DNA of 64,000 bases, from positions 23,126,001 to 23,190,000 of the forward strand of contig NC_086120.1 of assembly GCF_963921235.1 (NCBI RefSeq), written 5' to 3'. Position numbers and translations under genes: made by a program. Source of the DNA: Mobula hypostoma. Lineage: Eukaryota. The stretch's first letter is position 1; every line of letters starts with the position of its first letter. Positions 1 through 11,567 of this stretch are shown in pieces. A model generated the notes under the pieces. The model was given only the letters and a program-made list of their open reading frames with translations, searched no databases and was not told the DNA's origin.

Positions 1-224
1 TACATTCAATGAAAAGTCACGTAATAGGCTTGTCATAAAGATTGAAAGCTATTGATAAAATTAACTGCAGTGGCATAGGTAGGCATTGTAATTGGCTAAG
101 CAGAGAGTAGCAATTGGACGGAAGGGAAGTGTACAGTGGGTTTTCCAGGGGTGGTTACTAGGACAACTGTGTTTCTTAATACATACTTATCGCAAATGAG
201 AGGGATCAAACAATTAACACGTGT

Positions 225-1310
225 GCACCTCAAGGATGCGTGCTTGGCCCATCGCTCTGCTCTCTCCACACTCATGACCGTGTCTGGGCCCAGCAGAAAC
301 ACCACCTATAAGTTCACTGTTATGTTGGTGCGTGGCCAAGTGGTTAAGGTGTTTGTCTATTGATCTGAAGGTCGCTAGTTTGAGCCTCAACTGAGGCAGT
401 GTGTTGTGTCCTTGAGCAAGGCACTTAACCACACATTGCTCTGCCACGACACCAGTGCCAAGCTGTATGGGTCCTAATGCCCTTCCCTCGGACAACATCG
501 GTGGTGTGGAGAGGGGAGACTTGCAGCATGGACAACTGCCAGTCTTCCACACAACGTTGCCCAGGCCTGCACCCTGGAAACCTTCCAAGGCGCAAATCCA
601 TGGTCTTACGAGACTAACGGATGCCTAGAGAAAGTTCACTGTTGATGGCCGAGTCTCAGACGGTGACGATGAGGTGTGCAGTAGTGAAACGGACGGGCTG
701 GTGGAGTGGCGTCACGACCACAACCTTGCTCTCAATGACAATAAGACCAAGGAACTGATCGTGGACTTCAGGAAGGAGAAGTCGAGGGAACAACAGCGGT
801 CCTCATTGAGGGACCAGCAGTGGAAAGAGTGAACAGTTTCACGTTCCCGGGTGTCAACATCTCAGAAGATCTATCCTGGGCCCAACATATCGATGCAATG
901 ATGAAGAAGGTACACCGGCAGCTAGATTTCATTCGGGGTTTTTAGGAGATGTGGCGTATCACTAAAGACTCCAGCAGATTTCTGCAGAGAGCATTCTAAC
1001 TGCATCACTGTCCGCTATGCACAGGATCAATAAATGCTGCAGGTGGAGAAACAGGACAATGGTGCTGGGATGGGATGAGTTGGACAGCTTCCCAACTCAT
1101 CCCATCCCAGCACAGTGTCCTGTTTCTCCACAGCAGCTAGAGCCACCTATATTTGTACCCATGTACACTCCCTCAATTTTTTTCCTTTTTGTCCTGTTTA
1201 ATTTTTATATTTCTTGTAATTTATGTATTATTATGTATTGCATTGTACTGCTGCTGCAAAATAACAAATTCCATGGCATATGCCAGTAATATTAAACCTG
1301 ATTCTGATTT
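225..1310 (+). mobile_element. Degenerate Rex1/Babar-type LINE, RT region plus 3' tail, interrupted by a SINE at 322-631
   Basis: Translates to APQGCVLGP..., TTYKF, LVEWRHDHNLALNDNKTKELIVDFRK and ERVNSFTFPGVNISEDLSW; 3' tail ...aaacctgattctgatt at ~1295-1309. Confidence 0.8.
322..631 (+). mobile_element. tRNA-derived SINE (family A) with an RTE-like 3' tail
   Basis: A-box-like tggccaagtggttaagg and degenerate B-box agtttgagcc; flanked by direct repeat aagttcactgtt (310-321 and 632-643); second copy at 18802-19085. Confidence 0.85.
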
Positions 1311-1319
1311 CATTCAATG

Positions 1320-1600
1320 ATCCTTCCCTGCTTGCCATCTTCACCCTTTCCACCATTAAACCCCATTTGCTGCTTCCCCTCATCATACTCGTCCCCATTT
1401 CTCAGCACATCTGTCCTTTCCCTACACTGTCCCAATCCCAGCTTGCATCCCCCTCTCCTTCACCCCACTCTCCCCTTCTCGCTGCCACCCCACATCGTCC
1501 TCCTCCCCTCCCTCATCCTCAGTTGTTATATCCTTCCCCTCCCTTTTTCTTGCCCACCCTTTTCTCTACCCCACCTCTCTCTCTCCCTGCCCCTCACCAC
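1320..1600. repeat. Low-complexity C/T-rich (polypyrimidine) tract
   Basis: Strong C/T bias seen directly; the Pro/Leu/Ser-rich ORFs here are compositional artefacts. Confidence 0.8.
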
Positions 1601-1903
1601 AGTTCCCTCTAAGCTGTGTGGGTGAGCGGCCGCACAGTAACTGAAATGCTCGCGTGTACATAGCCTTTGTAGCCAGGCAGCTAGAGAAAGTCTATGAAAC
1701 ATGGAAGATCTTCTTTGTTGTTTTGTATTTCATTATACCCTTCAATTAATAAATAAAATCAAAATTATGTGATTTTTCAATTATTTTAGTGGTATGTATA
1801 ATACAAACATTTAAAATGCCGCGCAGTTTTCAGGCCCTGTAAAAATTTCCTGTTCAGAGCAATGACTGGTCTTAGAAGTTGTAAAAAAATAAGGGGAACA
1901 TTG
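1597..1903. mobile_element. Probable hAT-type MITE
   Basis: Imperfect terminal inverted repeats cagttccctctaa / taaggggaacattg; no clear TSD. Confidence 0.45.
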
Positions 1904-2339
1904 TTACCCTTCTTAGTCCCGTTTCTGCACCCCATCCTTCTCCCCCAGGGAAGGAGTAGATGTTTCTTTGGCCAAGGAATCTAAAACCAGAGCACACAAT
2001 TTCAAAATAGGGAGGTTGTTTAAAAGCATGACAAGGAGGCATTTCTTCACTTTGATGATCCTGAACCTTTGAAATTCTCTGTCCAGGAGTGCTGTGGCTG
2101 GCCAGACGCTATTTTCATTCAAAACACAGATTTCTTGTTATTAAGGGAAACGAGGATAGTACTGAAAAGTACCGCTGGACTATAAATTCAGCCGGATTTC
2201 AGTGATTGAAGACCAAGTTTCAATGCCAGATGGCCTATACCTACTCCTGTTCCACATGTTGTTTCATCTTGCCCACATTTTCCTCCTTCCTCGCCTGTAT
2301 CTCCTCCACCTCTCTCCAGTCTCTGCCCTCGTAGCCCCC

Positions 2340-2650
2340 TTTATCCTACAGCACGCTGCCGCATAGCTCCAGCGACCCACGATTTGATCCTGACCTTGGG
2401 TGCTGTCTGTCCGAAATTTACATATTCTCCCCTCCAGCCACATGGTTTCCCTCCGGATACTCCGTTTCTTCGTCTACCTTAGGCTGCCGGCTACTGTAAA
2501 TCTCTCTGGCAGTCGGCTGGTAGTTACAAATAAGAATGAAAGGGGAGCTGAGCGGAGTGCGCTGGGGAGAGGAGGTTACCTGGTTTAGGAGTAGGCTAAT
2601 GGGGGTGGTAGCAGAGCTCTGATGGCTGGCATAGACTCAAAAGGGCGAAT
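2340..2650 (+). mobile_element. Degenerate V-SINE (HE1-like)
   Basis: Core ctccagcgacc...tttgatcctgacc...gctgtctgt...ttctcccc...ggtttccctccggatactcc. Related copies at ~21140-21395, ~30560-30760(-), ~43560-43870, ~48110-48355, ~59440-59720(-) and ~61670-61880. Confidence 0.65.
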
Positions 2651-2689
2651 AACCTCCTTTTACGGCATTAGAACACACGAAATAAAATA

Positions 2690-3340
2690 ATCCCTACGGT
2701 AGACGAAGGGAGGGGCGAACGCTGCCTCTTCCCAATTCTTCCACCATTCTATTCCGCACTTCCGTATAAAGGAAGCGCTCAATGCCGGGCGGTAGCACAG
2801 CAGGAGAATAAGGTCCGCCCCCCTGTCTGCCCCTGATTGGACGGATGACCCAGACGCTCAGGATCGCCTCCTTTCCTGTGGTCCTTCGAGCCATCAATCA
2901 GCATCCCCGCAGCCAGCGGGCTCGGCGACGGGAAATCCCGCCTCCCCGCGGCGGTGATTGGCGCGGCCCCGGAGGCTGGCCCCGCCCCGCCCGTCCCGGA
3001 TTGGCCGCCGCGACGTTCTGTTTTGGAACGTTGCCGAGTGTCAGTGTAACAAATCGGCGGTGTTTCCGCTGTGGGAGAAGTCGACTCGATACAATGCGAG
3101 CGTGAATTAGGAGGAGGTTGAGGGAGAGGCAGCGGTGCACAAGCAACGCCATGGACAATCAGGTAGAGGCGCCGCAGGCCGGGCTGCAGCCCCGCTGGAA
3201 GCAGCACCCCCTCCCTACCCCTTTCCCCTGCCCTGTTGTCTCGCATGCATTTCGAGTCCCGATCCCTCGGGCCTCCTGCACAACCTCAGCGACGCGTACA
3301 GCACAGCGTGAAAGTGCACCGTGCTCACTGGTGGAATTTT
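2690..3340 (+). promoter_or_regulatory. MLLT1: CpG island / promoter and 5' UTR of MLLT1
   Basis: Sharp rise in CpG and GC content. Inverted CCAAT boxes (gattgg at ~2835, ~2957, ~2999), GC boxes (ccgccc at ~2815 and ~2982-2992), ETS-like cacttccg at ~2757, E2F-like ttggcgcg / tcccgcc; directly upstream of the ATG. Confidence 0.85.
3151..3162 (+). CDS. MLLT1: MLLT1 (ENL) coding exon 1, M-D-N-Q
   Basis: Kozak gccATGG, then ATG GAC AAT CAG followed by donor gtagag. Spliced to 62389 it gives [24 protein letters not shown], the ENL N-terminus (AF9/MLLT3 begins MASSCAVQV). Confidence 0.93.
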
Positions 3341-4899
3341 GAAAAATCACCACCGGTTTCGTTTGGAAAGTTTTGTTTTATTTAAATCATAGACCAATGC
3401 AGCGAATCAAATGTTGTCGTCTTCTCAGCTAAACTACAAAGAGCTCTGCGATATGAATATAATCTATTTAGGTTTAGTTGACAGGTACATGGTTTGAAAA
3501 TGCACTGTACTGTACATCTTTAAGGAAGGCCATTTACAGTCTCTGGAGCCAGGCTGAGAGATCCTGAATTTAATTATGTGTTTGAGGGTTGTAGGTTGAA
3601 CATTTAAGAAAGGAAGCATTAAGCTTTTAAGATATCTGTTTCAATATTAAACTTTAAGGTTTGGAGATGGAGGAGTTGGGAATAATACAAAATTGAGGCA
3701 AGGATTTTTTCCTTCAGGAGGATCGCGACAAAAAAAATTAAAATAGCAATTACGTTTATATATATCAAAATCATATTGGAAAGCTATCAGCATACTGTCT
3801 TGTGCCCTTTAGGATATTAAAATTATTAATAGTAATCACTTTAAGCTATTTCATGAAGCCTTTTCAGGGGAATCTTGACGTACATATTGGGTGTTGAAGC
3901 ATTGTCCATACAGGATTGCAAGATTGCTTTATGTCTTCTACATTAAAAAATGTTTTTTTGCTCAAAGCATTTTCAGCATCCTCATCTATTGGTATTCAAC
4001 AAGTTGACACTCTTGCAATCCATTGAAATTTCCAAAACAATAAAAAAAAATCTGAGTTGTTTTACAAAGCAAACTTTGGTAGATGTGTAAATAGGCAGCT
4101 AATGTTTGGGTTTGGTACCTTTATGATTTTGAATTCTTAGCCATCATTTAACATTTCTAAGATAGTGTGTATGCTTGTGTAGGTTAGGACAATCATTAAA
4201 CAGCACTGGCCGCTGGGAAGTTGATTGCTGTGACATTTTAAATTCTTTCCAGTACTGCGCAAACACATCTCCAGTTGGCGGTACTAATTTTACAAGGCGA
4301 AGCAGATTTGAATTTGGATCAAAGGGTTATATTTTCCTGCTTCTTTTGTAATATTGTCTGTGAAGATACTAATAACAGAAAACCAAGCAGCTTCATCATT
4401 TCTCTTGCATTTATTAAACATACATCCTTTTTTTTAAGAGCTCAAAATCAATGCCAGCTATGATAAGTAGAATATTTTCTGGGCAGTCATTTGATTTGAA
4501 GGATTTCTTCCTAGGTGAAATTGACTGTAATCAACTTGTGTGTTGTTAGCCTTGTGCTGTCTCACAGGGACCTACTAATGGTGCTGTAGTCTTTGCGTGA
4601 GATAACTGCTTCGATGTTTTTGATAATAGACTTGAAATAAAACCAATTTTCTTGTTTTCAAACAAAATTCTATTCTAAATTATAATGGCAGTTTTAGTTG
4701 CCTCTTCAAGTGGACAATCATTATTTTTGGACAAGGATAATGTCCATTAACAGTTTGGGGATTCTTCAGCCTGAATGTGTGGACACTCCATGGCTGCTTC
4801 TAGCTGATGTGTCCAGTAGAGATTGCTTAACTGAATTTTAAGCCAACCTGTTTTTTTAAAATGCCCCCTTTTATCAAATGGCAGTAAGGATTTAAGGAT

Positions 4900-5305
4900 A
4901 GAATATTGAGTCTTGCTTAATGAAGTTTTAATTCAAGCCTTTCTGACAGTGCCTGAGCATATTTACTAAGCTGACAGTCCAGAGACTGTGGAGTGCTATA
5001 CTAGAGATACCTTATTTTAGATGAGGTGTTAAACTAAGGCTCCATCTGCATTCGGCTCGCTCAACCGCTGACACGGTGTAAAGGTCCCATCATGTTATTT
5101 AAGATACTTGAAAGAATTTGAAGAGGTCCAATAATTATTCTTCAGCTAGCAGTTTGAAATAAATGAATTTGTTGTTTATTCCACTCCAGCCAGCAGGATC
5201 TTGCTATGTCTTTCTGTTATTTCTCTATATTACAATAAATATACTTTAAAAACATGTCATGAACCTCTTAGATGTACTGAAGTTCTGAATAGCACTGCAA
5301 GTCTG
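4900..5305 (+). mobile_element. Ancient Deu-domain SINE (SacSINE1/AmnSINE1-like)
   Basis: gagcat...aagctgacagtccag...ggagtgct...agatgaggtgttaaactaaggctccatctg...gtaaaggtcccat, and tail ggatcttgct...tattacaa...tgcaagtct; these follow the recalled Deu-SINE consensus in order. Confidence 0.6.
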
Positions 5306-6269
5306 CCATCTTACAGTGCAAGTATTTTTTTTGATTTAGGTTCTGAAAATTTACATGGAGCCCAAGAAAATATGTCCAAAATTTCCATATATATGATACA
5401 TATTAGTTAGAAGTGAGTGTTTATAGCTTCTAAAGATAATAGATTTAGTATTGGATTTTCAAATTGGATTACAGCTGGGTACAGATTTTAGATTTGATTT
5501 ATGGAACAATATACAGTTTTAATAAACTATTCTGGAAAAATTAGATTATTTGCTAAAGAGATGGTGGTTTTGTGGGCATTTTTATTTACAAATGTAACCT
5601 TGCTGCAATACTAAATTGTAGAATCCTTTAGAATCTTTGTGTTATTAAGCATGTGTAATTTAGTGCTGTATGTTTGATTATATTCAGTTAGGTCTTCCAA
5701 AAGTCATGCCTGGGAGCAATTAGTTTCTGCAGACTTGTATGGGACCAGGAAATCTATAATAACCTGTAAAAGAATGTTTAAGATTCACTTCTCCCTCCCC
5801 CCCCCTTTTGTTTCAGTTTTCTTTCTTCAAATGAAGGCGTGCACCTAGAGTAAGATTTTAATTAAAAGTGAGATGTGTCATCACGCATGAATTTGCAACA
5901 GGATGTTTTTAGTGTTGCCAACATTTTGATGTAACGAACGTTAAACCAGGTTTGGGATTTTCGCCCATGGAGGATCCGGGTGACTGTTTATGTTGAAGCA
6001 TTGTGTTTAATGTGAAGTGAGAGCTCTGGATTAAGCATGGGGGATTATTGGGAGGAAGAAGAAACAATTGTGTGGTTAAGGCGAATGTTATTAATGATCT
6101 CTGACAGCGTGGTAAAAGGACTGAAGAAATGGATTTGTGGACCTGTTCCAGGGAGTTTCAATCGGCTTTACACAAGGCATGTTGAGAGGTACCAGGTCTG
6201 TGTGTATGTAGTGTAGTTAGTCTGGATAAAGGAACCCCAATGGACCAGTCCTTGTGATTGAAAACTTTG

Positions 6270-6610
6270 ACAAACTTTCATAGCTACACAGTGGAGAGTA
6301 TCCCAACTTGTTGCGTCACAGCCTGGTATGGAAACAGCAATGCCCTGGAATGGAAAAGACTACAGGAAGTGGTGGACATGGCCCAGTCCAGGTGAAACCC
6401 TCCCTATTGAATACATTTACATGGAATGTTGCCACCAGAAGGCAGCATTCATTATCCAAGACATCCTCTCTCCAGGCCGTGTCCTCTTCTCTACCATTGG
6501 GCATGAGGCATAGAAATCTTTTATCACACAAACATGGCTAGGCAGCCTGGTGTTGTAGGATAATGATCGTTCAGGAACAGTTATTGCCTTATAACTGTCA
6601 GGCTCCTGAT
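6270..6610 (+). mobile_element. Rex1/Babar LINE 3' fragment
   Basis: TVESIPTCCVTAWYG...KAAFIIQD...GRVLFS motif series. Confidence 0.7.
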
Positions 6611-7119
6611 CTGGCATGTGCATCGTTTGATAATGAATTTACTTTGAGGAGTGAAGCAGCTGGTGCTGAATATATGCTTCACTCTCTTTAACTTCGGAGG
6701 ACTCACAAACGAGAAACTTTCCAATTCTTGGTTTCAGAGGGATGAGGCAATATTGAAGAACAGTGGCCAAGTTTACTAAGGAGGCAGTGAGGCTGGGGTA
6801 GTTTGCTTCAAGGCTCAGTTTTGAGCCTTGGTTGAATTCCATGATCTTGGAAGATTTGTGTATGTATACCTCTTGGTCTACCTGTTCATGAACTTATTTG
6901 CTTGTATTTTGCTCCTTTACACAGTTCGTTTGTTTCCTCCTCAGCCTGTTTCTGTCCTGTTTGCTACAAATGAATCTTGTGTCATCTGCTTGCTTTACAG
7001 TTGTATCCTGTAGGAGCAGATGCTGCCATTTAACGTGCATCAAAAGGAGGAGTGGCTGCAATGGTCACTGGGGGGGGGGGGGAACAGCCTCTACGCTGCA
7101 AAGGAGTAACACCTCAGCG

Positions 7120-8235
7120 ATGTCCTGGGTACTTTGTAGGGCACCTTCCATCTGGGTAGCCTCCAACCTGATGACATTCACATCAATTTCTCGAACTTCC
7201 GCTAATGCCCCCCTTCCCCCCCCCACCATTTCCCATTCCTGTTTCCTCCTGTCACCTTATCTCATTACCTGCCCATCACCTCCCTCTGGTGCTCCTCCCC
7301 CACCTTTCTTCCACGGTCTTGTGTCCTCTCCCATCAGATTCCCCCTTCTCCAGCCCTTTATCAGAAACAGAATCAGGTTTATTATCACCATCATGTTGTG
7401 AAATTTGTTAACTTAGCAGCAGCAGTTCAATGCAATATATAATATAGAAGAAGAAGAAAAAAAAATAAGTAAATCAACTACAGTATACGTGTATTGAATA
7501 GATTAAAAATCATGCAAAAACAGAAATAATCTATATTTAAAAAAAAGTAAGGCAATGTCCAAGGGTTCAATGTCCATTTAGGAATCGGATGGCAGAGGGG
7601 AAGAAGCTGTTCCTGAATCGCTGAGTGTGTGCCTGTGTGCCTTCAGGCTTCTGTATCTCCTACCTGATGGTAACAGTGAGAAAAGGGCATGCCCTGGGTG
7701 CTGGAGGTCCTTAATAATGGACACTGCCTTTCTGAGACACCGCTTCCTGAAGATGTCCTGGGTACCTTGTAGGCTAGTACCCAAGATGGGGCGGACTAAA
7801 TTTACAACCCTCTGCAGCTTCTTTCGGTCCTGTGCAGTAGGCCCTCCATACCAGACAGTGATACAGCCTGTCAGAATGCTCTCCACGGTACATCTATAGA
7901 AGTTTTTGAGTGTTTTTGTTGACGTACCAAGGAAGTATAGTCGCTGTCTTGCCTTCTTTATAACTACATTGATGTGACCAGGTTAGGTCCTCAGAGATGT
8001 CTTTATCTCTTCACCGATCAACTTCCCAGCTCTTTACTTCGCCCCTTTCCTCTCTCCCAGTTTCACCTATCACCTGCTACCTTGTACTTCTTCCTCCCCT
8101 CCTTCCCCCCCCCCACCTTACTCTGACTTCTTTCTTTCCGGTCCGGATAAGGGTCTCGGCCTGAATCATCATTCCTGAATCACCATAGATGCTGCCTGGC
8201 CTGCTGAGTTCCTCCAGCATCTTGTGTGTGTCTGC
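7120..8235 (+). mobile_element. Penelope-like 3' fragment, split by an antisense Rex1/Babar 3' fragment (7362-7995, - strand)
   Basis: ctgggtagcctccaacctgatg (LGSLQPD) and a pyrimidine-rich pLTR resuming at ~8000. The nested minus-strand ORF reads MESILTGCITVWYG...GHALFSLLPSGRRYRSL with an atcagaatcagg tail. Confidence 0.75.
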
Positions 8236-9409
8236 GAAGGCATTGTTCACCACTTGTTCTCTGCAATCTTCCTACAAATAGAGGAGCTGAGAACTTTACT
8301 GAGAAGGTTTTGGGGATTGGGATTAGGAGGGATAAGACCTCAGTGGCATTTGAATGAGAAGATGGGCATTTTTCAAGTAAGGCTTTGACAGTAATGGGGT
8401 CAGCAAGACATGAGGACACAGGTGAATTAATATATTTAAACAAAAAATGCCGCAGATGCTGGAAATCTGAAATAAAGAGAAAACTGCTGGAAAACTCAGC
8501 AGATCGGGCAATAACTGTGTAAAACAAACAGTAAATGTTTCCATTCTGGAATCCTTTGACGGAACCGAGGACGAGAGAGAGAAACCAGTTGGGTAGCAGA
8601 ACAGATGGTAGCAGTACACTACACAAGGAAACTTAAGTGCCACATTATTTCACCCAGTCAGAGAAGTTCCCCATGGAGATAGGAGTCTGCAGATATTGAA
8701 TTCTGGAATGAAGTAAGATCAAACTCCTGGAGGTTAACAGGGCAGGCAGTATCTGCAGAGAGAAATGGACAGTGGACATTTTGGGCTGAGACCCCTCATC
8801 TGAAATTCCTTGCGCCTCATCCATTGCCCTCCCTCACCTTCTCTGCTACCTGGACTGGTTTGTTACTCTTTGTTAGTTCTCAAGTGGCGTCCCAGTCCCA
8901 AAATGTTACCTTTTCTTTTCTTCTCACGGTTGCTGACCGACCTGCTGGGGTTTTTCCAGCCTTTTTTCTGCTTTATTGTAGTGTCGATACAAGTGTCAGT
9001 CAGAGCTCCAGTAGTCTGCTTCCGTACTCCTGGGTCTTTAAGAAACAATCGCTGCATGTTTTGCGTGTTCCAAATTAAGGGATTTTCCACGTTTTCGTTA
9101 TTTTGTGGGAAACTGCTGCTTTACTGCTTGATGCCAACAAAAAAATGTTGTTCCTGTCAGCTGTACTGTGGTTAGATCAGTGTGCAAATCCACTAATCAG
9201 ATGGGACCTCAGTTTCTGCTGATTTTAGTGACAATGAAACCAGAGACTCTGGACCAATAAACAAGCGGTTGTGAACTTTGTGGTTTTGCTCTGAGTTGAG
9301 CTTGTTTACAGCATGGCAGCTCAAGCCCTTCGACTGAGACAAGTTGCCAGGTTGCTCAGTTGGTCTCTGCGATTGTTTGGTGCCCTCTGCAAATCTGGGC
9401 ATTCGGAAA

Positions 9410-9735
9410 AGCACACAAAATGCCCGAGGAACTCAGCAGGCCAGGCAGCGTCTGTGGAGAAGAACCAAGATCTTATCAGGGTCTCGGCCCAATACGTCAG
9501 CTCTTTATTCTCAAACAAGAAAAGATCTGCAGATGCTGGAAATCCAAGCAACACACGCAAAATGCCTGAGGAACTCAGCAGACCAGGCAGTGTCTATGGA
9601 GAAGAACCAAGATCTTATCAGGGTCTCGGCCCAATATGTCAGCTCTTTATTCTTCTCTGAGCTGCTGAGTTCCTCCAGAATTTTGTGTGTGTTGGTCTGG
9701 ATTTCCAGCACCTGCAGAATCTCTTGTGTTTGTTC
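9410..9735. repeat. Penelope terminal segments: ~142-bp tandem duplication closed by an inverted copy
   Basis: gaggaactcagcag...gaagaaccaagatcttatcagggtctcggcccaata starts at 9426 and again at 9568; inverted end gctgagttcctccag...tctcttgtgttt at 9660-9732. Confidence 0.8.
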
Positions 9736-11567
9736 ACAGAAATGTTTGCTCTTAATATTTTAATAGCACGTGTTGTTTAATAGCAGGAGAGGTCTGGGGA
9801 AAATCTCAGTGAACGTAGGACTGATTTTAGCTGTCTTTTGATCAAAAGCCCACCAGCACTTGCTTCCCAAACCTCTCGATCAAGAATGGATATTTGTGCC
9901 AGAGTTCATTTGTGGGGTGTGGGTATGATGGAGGAGGGGAGGGTGAGTAAGTGAGTGGAGAAGAACAGGAAAATGGGAGGGGATAAAGATGAACAACTGA
10001 CAGTGCCTCTACAGCAAGGTGGGATTACATGGCACTAGTTAACAATAAATTATCATCAGTTAGGGTTATTGGTGAAATCCAAAATTGGCACATGTGGTGA
10101 TTGAACCCAGGCCTGCTACTGGTTTCCAGAGCACACGTCCACTGAACTACCAGGCAAAATAGCATGATGTCACTTAAATACTATCAGTGGGTCAGGCTGC
10201 GAGTCAACACTGCTCCTTATTTTGCTTTGGCTTTACATTCAAGCCCCTCGCAATCAGAGCCTGGAACAGGAATCCACTGTGATTGGATGGTAGCTGCCTT
10301 GGAAATGAAGCCAAATCAGTAACAGTTGTCTGGACTTTCTCAGAAAGCTCACGGAGAAGGTGGCTAACAGTGTGTGCAGGGAGTGGGGTGGCACAGGACG
10401 AAATAAAACTATAGTTGGTTGTGCTTTATATGGGGATGGGGGCAAGGCAGGTAATGTTTAAAGTAAATTTATTATCGTAGTACATATGTCACCATACACT
10501 ACCCTCAGATTCCTTTTCTTGCCGGCATTCACAGAACAAGGGGCAATAAAATCAATGAAAAACTATGACCATGAATAATGAAAGCTAATGAAGAGCATTA
10601 CTGAAAATATTTTTTAATGTATCAATCTGGCAGTTTTCATGACCATTTCCCTCCCCTTGTTAACCCCCAAATTACTGGATTTATTGAATTTGTTTTTCTC
10701 ATTTGCTATGCTGTGATTTGAACCTCTAACCTTTGACTAAGATCCATTGTATCCCTTTATTGTTTTCACATCCAATCCAATTCTGGCATGTTTGCTACTC
10801 CCAATTTTTGGATTATATTGCCTGGGAAAATCTAAACTATGTTATCAAGTCCTGGCATTGTCACTAATTTCAGATTCTTTGTGCTTGCTGACCGATAAAG
10901 GCTGGGTTGAGCAAGAAGCTATTATTGGAAGAGTGTGCGGTCAGACATTGAAGTACCCTTTTAATCATGTTAACTTGGATACAGTGTGAAGTGTATTTTC
11001 CAACATCTGCTTTGGGGGAGATGTTGACCTTGGATATCATTGGTTACTGTATCTTTCTGGATCTGTCATTTGACTTTTGCCAGTTGACGATTTTCAGAGC
11101 TTTTTATAATAGAAGAGTTTTATAAAAGCTCTGAGACGCTGGTCCTGTTTAATATTAGTATACAACATGAAATTCTTACTCTTCTCAGACATCTACAGAA
11201 GAAAATCCTGAAGAACGAGTGACAGAAAAAACGTTAGAGACCCCAATGCTCCCCTCTCATACACAAACAGCATCAAAGCATCACCCCTCCCCTTTCCCCC
11301 ACTTGTTCTAGTCCAGCTGTCCCCAACCACTGGGCCTTGGACCGGTACCGGGCCGCAAAGCGTGTGCTACCGGGCCGTGAGGAAACGATATGTGTCAGCT
11401 GCATCTTTCCTCATTCCCTGTCATGCACCGTTGAACTTGAACATGGGGTTGCCAACTGTCCCATATTTGCCGGGACATCCCGTATATTGGGCTAAATTGG
11501 TTTGTCCCATATGGGACCGCCCTTGTCCCGTATTTCCCCCGCTAAGGTAGAGTGTTCCTATGAAACA

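Noticed and set aside
322-400. tRNA genes (also ~18802, ~23100, ~52760)
   Set aside because: These are tRNA-like heads continuing into SINE bodies with TSDs; no complete cloverleaf is evident.
2779-3353. Overlapping ORFs or a divergent coding gene at the CpG island
   Set aside because: GC-rich, stop-poor sequence yields Arg/Gly/Pro-rich ORFs with no recognisable domain.
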